Shown piece by piece: positions 11,894 to 21,965 of a DNA stretch of 47,322 nt (the first letter of the stretch is position 1; each line of letters begins with the position of its first letter). Origin of the DNA: Klebsormidium nitens (Eukaryota > Plantae > Klebsormidiophyceae); contig DF237598.1 in the NCBI GenBank assembly GCA_000708835.1, positions 1 through 47,322 of the forward strand, written 5' to 3'. A model generated the notes under the pieces. It made no database searches. It saw only the letters and a list, made by a program, of their open reading frames with translations, and was not told the origin of the DNA. A program made the position numbers and the translations under genes.

Positions 11894-14800
11894 AGAAGGC
11901 TGCGGCAATCCTCAAGGCAGATCAAGCTGATAAGAGTGGGAAAAGAGTAGCTAGGGACATATTGCAGACGCCGAAATGAGTGCGACAACGCGCACAAGAG
12001 GGGAATGTGGAAGTGACTGTAGATGACATTAGCATGGCCTAGTCGCTCTCCAGTAGAGCTGCCATTGCTCGACTGCCTTTGCGCACCACAAACTCCATCA
12101 TGGCTTTATTGCTAAACAGGTCACCCAAAGTGTTGAAGGGCGGAACTTGCCAGAGTGATTCACCTTGTAAATGTAAGCTGGATACCATACTAATGAGCGC
12201 TCGCTTCTCTAGATTTAGCGGGAAAAGGACGAAGTGTCGAAACTGCATGTCTGAAAACATGCGGTGCATAAAAAACCCTGCATAATGGCTACCTTAAGAC
12301 TACCTGGATCAAATGCCAACTAACCAAATGCATTTGTCATAACCAGAACCAAGCAAGTCTTGCCCAAGGCTTTGACTGAGGTTAGGCTCATATGGGCCGG
12401 GTAGAGTGCAACCTAAGCAGATTCTCACTGACTTTGTGTGCAGCATACCATATTGCTGACATGCTTCGAAGTGAAAGCGCCCGCCAGAAGTGACGGTGCG
12501 CGCAAGTTACAAACCATTCTTGCCCATGTCATTTTTGGAAATCTCGCGTCGAAATGGCAACGTGCAATCTTGGCGTTATTGGCGCCGCTTCCATGCAACG
12601 TGACCTAGCGTTGTTCTCCTCATGCGGATATTTTGTGATGCGTAGCTCCATAACGGAGCCCTCGCTGAGGCGCCTAGGAGAGCCCATGCAGCGTTCTCTT
12701 GCGTCCACAAAGTGAAGAAACACACCGATGGGCAACCAAGCTCAAAGCTCTGTCGAATCTTGTTAACAAACGCGCGCGTTCACGAGGAATACGTACTGCC
12801 AGGCCTGTCCACCTTCATGCATGCCTTAGTGGCTGCAAAAGTCGTAAACATTGTACGTCAAGATCGTTGCTACACACAATTGTCCTTCGTTTCGAGAGGC
12901 GCAGATGGAGCCACATGGCCCATCCAGTCCCATGCGCGCGGTCCTGAAATACCTGAAAATGTTCAAACCCGCAAATTACACGCGCCAACAGGTCAAATGG
13001 TTTAACGAAAAGCACTATAACCTCACCAATCCTCTGATTTTTAAGCCGCTCAAGAGCCCACTCCCGGTGTTTTAGAAATACCAAGTCCCTCAAAAGGTCA
13101 GGTAGAGTGTCCGGCAATTCTGGCTAACCAAGGCGTCGAGGTTCAAAACGAAGGTCCAAACGTCAAACGCTCGGAAGCCTGAATCCAGGTCTCGCCATCT
13201 ACAACCCGCCCACGCAGCTTGTGGATCATCCGGAACGTCCAACCTAAGTGCAGCCCAACGGTCCAAAATGGAGATCCAACTTCAAATCTGCACTGACATC
13301 CAATGGACATCCAACAGACCCCGTCTCACGATGGCGCAGAGTGGAAGGAACTCTGCTGAGGTCTGACTGTAGCTGCGCCCGTAGTTGTCGAGCCTGCTTT
13401 GTAGTGTCAATCCCGGGGACCGCAATCTGCGGAGGTGCTGTTTCATTGTTTTGACACCGTATTTCTGGCTACTCGAAGACCTGGGAAATGGTCGATGAGT
13501 CTGGTTGGATTGTAGCAGACCCCGTAGTCTTAAAAAATCAGAAGTCAAAGAAAGACGCTGCGGCGAACGGCCAATGTCAGTTTGAACGGACAAACAAGCC
13601 TGACACGCATTGCAGTGCATGTGAGATGGCTGCCTTATAACAAGTGTAGCTGGGAACTGCAATCGGAGTGTTCATTTCCATCCTTTGAGCCTGCAGGCAG
13701 AAAACAGAGGCGCTTTGCAGGAGCAGCTTCCGAAGTATGGGCTGTGGCTGAAGGAAGGAATTGGCTGGCGTCCTCGTCCTGGGACAAGCCTTCAAGTCAT
13801 CAACCTGGTTCTTCCAAAAGAAGTAATCATTGAGCCTGCATTGAGCTGCTAACCTGGAAACGAAAGAAAGGTGAGAGGAGTACTGCAGGGAGACAAGTTC
13901 TGCAAAAGAACCTTTTTGCTTGCATTGGATGGTCCACTTCTATCGTAACGTTTGAATGCCGGAAAGCAACGTCCCTTGCTTGATTCTGAGGGTGTTCAGG
14001 AGGGTTTTTCTTCAGCTTTTCGGTCTTCAGAAGCTGTGTGGACTATCCTTGAAAATTTGAGGAACCATGCATACAGGGATCAAAAGTCTGGTGCAGGGAT
14101 TGAAATCAAAGTGCCTCGGAAAGCAACACAAGCTCGAAGGTATTTTCAATACCCTATGTCGGGTGATTAATCGTTGAAGTGCCTTTGAAATTGAAATCTT
14201 CATATAGGGCACTTACAGGTCCTATTGATCAACAGTAAGCAATTTCCGAGTCTGAAAGCATCTGGGCAGTCTTCGATCGCTACTCTGGGTTTCTCCCAAC
14301 AGCGTAAGCATTTAAATCACCTTATGGTGCACAGGTCAACGTCATTGTTGTGACACCAAGGCCCAGCTTGATCAATGTATCTCTTCCTGGCTAAAATCAG
14401 TGAGATGGAAAACTTTCAAAAATTGCCAGTCACTTTCAAGTAGTCGCTTACATTGCCCTCGAACAGAATCTAAATATCACCTGTCTTCTCGCAAGATGCA
14501 GATCCTAGTTATTTGCGCCCCGAATGGTTGCAAGGCTTTCGTGTAAGCACGTCGCTACGATAATCAGGATATTGGGCTCAAGGCATTTGCAAGGGGTTTA
14601 ACCCAGATATCTTAATCTGCATGGCGTTCTCTTTGTTGACAGTAATGACTTTAATGTCGGTGGCCAATATAAGGGCTATGAAAAGAGCAGAGTTCCCGTT
14701 CCAATCCACCCTTACTCTTTTGCTACAATCTCAGGAATCTTTCGTAAGTGAAAAAATCATGCTTAGCTGCTCCATGAAGCGCCTCAGGCAACCAAGAAGG

Positions 14801-15013
14801 TCAGATAGGCATTGATTTTCTGAATCGGTCAACTCTCCGTCTCACAAAAGGCCAAAGAATGAGCATTGAAGGCCCCAAAATGTCTCCCTACAACTTTTCC
14901 GGCTTAAATGCTTCCGGTGTGTGATATGTCAGACTTCTTCCACGAAGAGATGGGGATCTCAGCGGACCAGCGCTGCCGTCAGCGGAGACCCTTCCAAGCT
15001 TTTCGACCCGAGT

Positions 15014-16129
15014 ATGAAGGAGTTGGAGCTGGCTCTGGCGAAGATTGAGGACCGCTTGATCGTTTTCGAACAAAAGCTCTTGGACAGCAGGGTCGCCCGG
15101 CAGGAAAGGAGGGCGACAGGGGGGCCGTGCTGGCGGTGCGGGGCGGTCGCCTGCTGCCGCTGGTACTCGAGCCCGGAGCACGGTCCCCGGTCGCTTTGCT
15201 GCCCGTGCCATGAGGTCACCGTGGGCGGCCCGTGCTGCCGCTGCGGTCGGGAGAAGTGCATCAGCTGGTACACCGGGGAGAAGGGCTCCCGGACGCTCTG
15301 CTACAACTGCTACAACCAGACCAGGCGACCGGAGAGGAAGAGGCGACAGCGGGGAAGGACGGTCACGGAACCTGATACTGCCGGATCGAGCGGAACCAAA
15401 CGGAAAAGACCGGTGCGGGTGGGATCGGAGGAGATGGAAGAAGGAGGAGGAGAGCAGCGCTCGCAGGGGGACCCAGTTGCAGGAGAACGGAGACGCGCGT
15501 CCCATGCGGGGAGGAACAAGGGCGGAGTCAGCGGAAGCGGAACTTCGCGTGCGCCCTGCAACAAGGAATCAGCAAACGGGCAAGAATATGTATACGAAGG
15601 AGAAGATCCCCTCTTGGAGCTTGACGTCATGGATGTGATTGGGCTGTTCGAGGCGGAGGAGAACTCCGCGAGGCACCGGAGAGCAGAACGGCAGAAAGCT
15701 GCTGCAGAGCGCAAGACTCAGGCGGAGACGGACTCTGCTGAAGATTCAAGGAGCGACGATCATGGGCGGTCATATCGCACGAGCGGCCCCAACGTCAGGG
15801 GCCGTGGGAGAGAAAATAGACACGAAGAAATTGGCGCGATGGGCGAGGGGAATCTGGCCGCGCGCGCGGGCGTGCCACGCGTGCACCACGCGTTTCCGAG
15901 CGCCGGAGACTCGGAACCGGGAGCTGTATCCGTGGGCGAGCAAGGAGTGGAGTTCGGGGACTGCCTGCTTTTTGAAGAATTTTTAGCCGAAAGACGGCAA
16001 GAGGAGGGCAGCGGAACGGGGATGGAGACGGAAACGGAACCAGAAACGGCGCAGCCCGAAGGGGGGACGGAAATTTTGGTTCTGGCAAAAGCCTGGGATG
16101 TTGCAGACACTTTGTTAGAGCGGAATTGA
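15014..16129 (+). CDS. ORF with a short N-terminal coiled coil, two tandem GATA-like zinc fingers (15128-15310) and an acidic disordered region; possibly the 5' part of the DRD1-like gene
   Basis: First in-frame ATG at 15014. Fingers are CWRC-x19-CCPC and CCRC-x18-CYNC. Each is preceded by GGP and keeps the W..G...LC pattern of GATA fingers. Stop TGA at 16127-16129. Confidence 0.65.
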   Translation: MKELELALAKIEDRLIVFEQKLLDSRVARQERRATGGPCWRCGAVACCRWYSSPEHGPRSLCCPCHEVTVGGPCCRCGREKCISWYTGEKGSRTLCYNCYNQTRRPERKRRQRGRTVTEPDTAGSSGTKRKRPVRVGSEEMEEGGGEQRSQGDPVAGERRRASHAGRNKGGVSGSGTSRAPCNKESANGQEYVYEGEDPLLELDVMDVIGLFEAEENSARHRRAERQKAAAERKTQAETDSAEDSRSDDHGRSYRTSGPNVRGRGRENRHEEIGAMGEGNLAARAGVPRVHHAFPSAGDSEPGAVSVGEQGVEFGDCLLFEEFLAERRQEEGSGTGMETETEPETAQPEGGTEILVLAKAWDVADTLLERN

Positions 16130-16136
16130 TTTTAAG

Positions 16137-19100
16137 GGAAGAGAATAACAGAGGACAGAGAGCCGAGCGGGCACGTTCACACCGAAGCGTGCCTGTCTTT
16201 TGATCGCGAGTACGGCCGGTTCTACCGTGTGACCGGGGACTTCCTGGGGCAAGCAGCGGTTGAACATTTTTCGGCCGGCCCGGGAAGGGCTCCTCAAGAC
16301 GACCGATCAGACTGGCAGGACCGGTGCATGGGCCGGATGTTAGAGCGGCTCTGGGCGCAAAAGGAGCCTGCTTTTGCCGGTTGGGAGGACGAAGCGAGAA
16401 AAGGAAACAAGAAGCGCATAACTTTGGAGGACATTCCGGAGAGTCCGCGATCGCATTCTGCGGCGGTGAGGGCGGCAGAACGGAGGACACCGGAGGAGCT
16501 CGTGGCGGAACACGGAAGCGCCTCGGCCGCGGCATTCTGGGCAGTTCTTGAAGAAAGAAAGAAAGCTATGAAGTCGCAAATAGAAGGGTTCGAGTTTACG
16601 ATTATGAATCTGACGGGTTCGGCTGATGGGCTGAGCGGGCAAGCGGATACATTGGGTGGCGCCTCCGAATCAGGCCCCGCAGAAATCGGAGGGGGTTCGA
16701 GTTGCAGGGCGGCGTTTGAGGGCGCGGGCAAGGGCTGCATTCTGGCGCACGCTCCGGGGTGTGGAAAAACATTGCTGGTAAGCTATCGACGTTTTGCTTG
16801 TAAGCTATCATACTTGCGTATGCGGCTGGAAAGAGAAACAACGCTTTCTTTGTAAGACTTTCGTCCCCTGTGCCAAACGCATAACATGTGGCAGTGGTCG
16901 CAAAGTGACCTACACAGTCACCTGATTCTAGTAAACAAGAGTACAGAAAGCGCTCCTCAGAGGAAGCTTTGAGTAACCGCGGCGATGCAACCGGGATCTT
17001 CAATATATATATTTTTGAAGTCGGATATTCAATCGCACGTTTCCAGGTATCTGCCAAAACGTCGCAAAGCTGGTCAAAAGGTTGATCCAACGTGTGGTCT
17101 TGCTCGACAGGGATGGGCGTTATTTTGGTGGCTGCGACGCCTCTACCCCGGTCTCCGCTGCTTGACACTCGCCCCGGCGTCCGTGCTCGAGGTGTGGGAG
17201 CACCAGCGGCCGGTGTTGATGAACACGTACCACGTGGGCCCTGCACAAGGGCTTCGGACAGGTGACGTCACCGAACAGGAAGCGGGAACAAACTTCGCCC
17301 GCTGTCTGAGGGACTTGCGGGAATGGGCGGAGAAGGGGGACGGGATGCTTCTGCTCAGCAACGAGAGGATGCGGGTTCTCCTGACGGCCGCGGCCGCGAC
17401 CGCGCCCGAGGTGACGCGACTGCTTCTGGAGGCGCCAGATGTCGTCTTCTTTGACGAGGCGCACAACCTGAGGAACGATAAGACGCGGCTACACCAGTAC
17501 ATACAGTATCTAAGAACGCCTCGGCGGGTGCTACTCACCGGTGGAACATCCGTGATTTTTTTGTCATTATAAGATTTTTGGCCATTGCAATGGGCTTTTT
17601 TAGCGGAAAGGGATCAGCTTCGAGCTGTTGATCCTGATGCAATTCTAATGTAGCATGTGAACCGCTGTTGCTGATTTCCCCTTCCGTTCCTAATGGATTA
17701 TCGGGCCCTTTTCTGCGTGCAAGTTGCGATGTTACACACTTGTTTAGAACTTCGAGAATCTCAGCGCCTTTCTTACAGACTGGACGAGTTCAAGGATGGC
17801 CGTTGCTCAAGATGATCGAATTGTCCGCGGGAACTTCAGGAAGAAAGTCAGCACGGACGGGTCTGAAGAAGCTCTGCAGAGAAGCGCTTGACATGCTCTG
17901 ATCAACTATTTCCAGAAAACCGTTGATCTTTTGTCCGCAGGAAACACTGCGAAGGATCCCACTAAGGCGTCCATTTTGGACTTAAAAAGGTCATAAGACT
18001 GCAGGCACAATAAGGTCGTTGCTGATCCGCAGGTACGCCGTTCAACAATTCATTCGAGGAGCTCTGGACGTTGCTCTACTTTGCACAGCCGGACACCATG
18101 CTCCGCTGGGGCGCCCACGAGCTGCGTTCCGCTGGCGGCGCATTAACGGAAGTACAAGCCCGGCGCGCGTTCCTAGAGGTCGCAAAACGGGAGAGAAGAG
18201 CACTCAACGCCATCTTGGCGCAAGTCGTTCATTCGAGCGCAAAGCGCGCGGCCGCGCCCAGCGGGGGCGCGCTCACACACACGGACATGGTCGTCACTCT
18301 GAACATGACGTCAGAGCAGGCGGGGTACTACAAGGCGGTTGGAGCGGGCCAGGCTAAGCGGAGTTCCGGTGGGGCTGAAGTGGGCAGAATGGACGACGGC
18401 AGCGGGGCGGAGGCGGCAACGGGTGGCAATCTATTCAGCATGGAGCATCTTCTTAGTGTGGCATGCGTGCACCCCGCTGCACTTCCGCCATTCAAGTACG
18501 AGGATCTCTGCTCAGAAGAGCCGTGAGCCGTCAAGCCTTCTCTTCCTCCGTCTCTAGCATGTGAATGTTACTACTAGATAACTCTGCTTCAAAGCTCGAG
18601 GCGGCTTCCCCGAATTTTGTTGCATTTTTAGTCTTCGTTTGAAGCTCTTTACGGATCTACTCCATGTGTGATGTTGCAAGGATAGCACCAGTCAGTTCCA
18701 GAAGTAGAGTGCTTATACTTCTACGTTTTGGCTGACAGTTACGCCTATTAAAAGAGGATTATTTTCTGTTGAGTTACAAAAGGGTTACCTCGACGAAGTA
18801 ACCCTTGTTGCATCGCGTGTAGAGAGAACATCACAGCCAGGCCCATATGTTCGAGAAACACTTTTCGTCAATTGCGACTCTGAAATTTAAATAAAGTTAG
18901 CCGCGGACGTGCTATCAACCCCCCCTAACCATTCTGACTCATCTTCCTTGCAGCTCCCTCCCCGCATACTCGGATGACGTCAGCATCTCTCGCAGCTGCA
19001 AGACGCTGGTCCTCAGCTGGCTTGTCGCCCGGGTGAGAGCCACCGGGCGCGTCGTGGTCTTTGGTGTGAACGTAGAGCCGCTTAGGGTGATCGCCCGGGG

Positions 19101-20634
19101 GCTGCTGGCGCACTTTCCTGACTGGGAGATGGGGCAGGAGATCGTGCACATCGACGGGGCAGTCAGCCAGAGCGTGCGGAGGGAAAGGTGGGGCAGACGT
19201 GCTCTGACTCGTTCACTCTCTACCATTCGAAGACGAAAGACTTACGAAGTCTATTCTTTTCAAAAGGTTCGGAAATATCAGTGTGTCAGAGACAACTCCC
19301 TGCGCAGAGCTGCCCGTCAAATCGAGGTTGTGCCACGCTCTGATCGCTCAGCGGGTATGATTTCGTAACACGCTGGCATCAGTCGACTTGGAGAACCACA
19401 GAACCGTTTTCGTATCCACTTCGCTCCCTCTTCGACCTTGCAAAGAGCGCCGTCTCCCTTCGAATCCTCTGCTCTGCAGAACCTACATCTTGTCTCCTGA
19501 ATACCTTAAGGAGATTGCGATTCGAGCACTACTTCTTATACAGACTCGATTGAAGCAAAGTCATCGTCACTCGGTGAAAAAGTCACGAGTGTCTATTTTT
19601 CCTGAACTTGTCTTCTTTGGCCAGGCGGGAGTGGTTCAACGACCCTCGGAGCCGGGCAGTAGTGCTGCTAGCCACTGTGGAGACGTGCGGTGAGGGAGTC
19701 GACCTTTCGGGGGGAACCCACGCTGTGCTGCTGCAGCCTGTGTGGAACCCCACGGTGAATGAGCAGGTGCGCGCGGAGACTGCTTAGAAGAAACCGTAGA
19801 TACACCAAAGGGAGTAGTTGGTAGACGCGCATGGTCGATTTCGGGCTCATCATATCCGCATTGTTCGAAGCTGAATTCTAGACCAAAGAACACACTCGGG
19901 CGGTAAACAGACCTGTGAGAAGCTGCAGGCCCGGTCTTTGAATTTTCAAATGATCAAAGCATGAGGTTTGTTAGCAGCCAGAGCCTTCTTTCATTACGTG
20001 GCTGGATGACCATAGAAGTCGGGTGCTGCTGCATAGGACCGTTGGCTTCTGCCTTTTCGAAGTACTTCAAGACGTTCTGAACCCGCCGGAACAAGGCTTC
20101 CAAACACACCGATTCGGAGAACCTTCCAAGAGAGTCGAATCCCAATCAAAAGCTCTCTTTAAAGAGGGTCGGAACCAAGCTTGGTCTTTCCGAAGTCCCT
20201 CTTACCTCCAACATCAAGTAAGGCTTGGTTCTATCACATAAAGTGCAACCAACTCCTTGCCCTCGTCCTCATCTTTCCAAACATCTTCTTTGCAGCTCAT
20301 TGGCCGCCTGGTCCGCCCCGGTCAGAAGGGCCACGTGTACATCCTCCGCCTCATCTGTTGCCGCTCTCAAGAGAATCATATTCATGAGCGGGCGGTCCAG
20401 AAGGAGCAAACTAGACGCGACCTCTTTTCCCCGAGCGGAGGGATGGGCGACCAGGTCGGGCCGGGCGTTCCGAGCCGCCACATCACCAATGAAGGCCCGC
20501 TCAGTACTGCTGCTGCCCATGCACCATTCGTAGACAGTTTGCGGCAGCTGGTCGATGGAAAGGGACGCCCAATAGTTGCGGATGTGATAGACTACGAGAG
20601 CTTATTCAAGGGCAAGGGAATGGAACTCCAGTAG
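16137..20634 (+). CDS. DRD1: SNF2-family chromatin remodeler of the plant DRD1/CLASSY subfamily; 5' end uncertain (next in-frame ATG 16328)
   Basis: QIEGFEF..NL, GCILAHAPGCGKT (DRD1: GCILAHAPGSGKT), LTLAPASVLEVW, PDVVFFDEAHNLRN..LRTPRRVLLTG|TPFNNSFEELWTLL, LSVACVHP, RVVVF..PL..DWEMGQEIVHIDG, FNDP..TCGEGVDL..WNPTVNEQ|LIGRLVRPGQKGHVYILRL. All are joined by in-phase GT-AG introns. Stop at 20634. Confidence 0.85.
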
Positions 20635-21596
20635 CGGCCCCCCTTGTTTGTTGCCAACCGTTCACGAACTGGCCTCAGAAACGCTTCAGTATGCTCTCAC
20701 CTGGCTGCAAGAAATCAGAATGGATAAGAGATTGGCAAGAGCAAGCCGAGCATCTGTCTCGACCTGAGCCTCGGCTTGTGGCCCCTGGCGCTGATTGCCA
20801 AAATCGCCCTTGGAATTGGCACATCGAAACACACTTCTAGAAGTTCCGCTCGCCACAGCAATCATTTGCGCTTACATGGGACGTTTAGAAGTCATCAAGT
20901 CACCCGACTATTTTTCAATTGCCGCCCTGAAGGCGGTTAGTCCTTACGCGTAAATGATCGAGCAGCTAGTGTACAATTCTATAGGCCATACTTCCTCCAT
21001 ACTTCATGTGGCACGTTACCGCAGTTCGGGGCAAGCTTCCCGATTCTCGATAGATTGGGTCTACCTATTTAGATACTAGATTCTATCTACTTTAGCTCTT
21101 AGCCCCCATTTAGCATTTGCGCCATTGACGTTGTTGAACAGCTTTGAACTGAAGCAGCCGGCGAGGTACACAGGGGATCATGATCATCGAGCGCTAGAGT
21201 CTCTGCACGTCGAGCTCCATCTGACGGACTTCAGGTCTCCAGGCGTAGTCAATTCTTCATTGCTGTGACGTCCATTAACATGGTTAAACGCAACTAGGAC
21301 TATAAACTTCGAAGCCCTATTTGTGTCTGCGACATATTTTAACGTCTGCGCGGCGACTCGCGGCCGCGAGCGCAGGTTTAGCTAGGCTCCCGAGGCGCCG
21401 CGCGGTTCGCTCGCTGGTTTGCAGTTTTAGCGGCTCGAACTACAAAAGGTGTCCCGAAAACCGGGTTCTCGCTTCGATCAAGGTCACGGGTAACTCTGTA
21501 GGGGACGGCCTGTTGCAATCAGGCTGCATGTCGGGTTACGAATACCGTAGTCTGTCGTGTAAGCCCGATTCTAGTTGGCAAGATTTAGTTTTGGCT

Positions 21597-21669
21597 GGGA
21601 CGCGGGGTGGCCGGGGTCAACTCGGGGTTAAGGGAGCGATCCGCTGGGTTAAGGGGGTCTTCTGTGGGG
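21597..21669 (+). other. Candidate G-quadruplex-forming tract with a GGGTTAAGGG direct repeat
   Basis: Eight runs of three or more G in 73 nt, with GGGTTAAGGG twice, about 300 nt upstream of the ATG at 21966. Confidence 0.4.
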
Positions 21670-21965
21670 CGGTCCAAGGTCCCGCAGCTGGCTGAGGACG
21701 GTAAATGCAGCCATTGCCAGCAGCATGCAGGAGCCGAGCTGGGGACGCAGCACATGATGCTTGTCAGTGTTGCAGGACAATCTGCCTGCCACCCTAGTCG
21801 CTCTTGATAGGTTGGTACGGCAGAAAGTTCCAATATAGGTAGTTTAGTGTTGCCCAGGCTTTGCAGCGGAGGATCCACTAAAGGTGGAATCAATCCTTCA
21901 ACAAGCACCAGCTTCTTCCAGAAGACCCGCCAATCTTATATGTCAAGTGTAGACTGTCGATAGAA

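Noticed and set aside
13141-13320. Six TCCAA words in about 160 nt, like transposon subterminal repeats
   Set aside because: Irregular spacing, with no terminal inverted repeat or target-site duplication found.
14888-16535. Minus-strand ORFs 14888..15505, 15310..15714 and 15795..16535
   Set aside because: Antisense to the zinc-finger and SNF2 frame, low complexity, no motifs.
18780-18806. Perfect 9-bp hairpin AAGGGTTAC..GTAACCCTT in an intron of the DRD1-like gene
   Set aside because: Single short stem, not followed by a Helitron-type CTRR end. Expected occasionally by chance.
21357-21370. 14-bp palindrome CTCGCGGCCGCGAG
   Set aside because: Isolated, all in a GC-rich patch, with no second copy or context.
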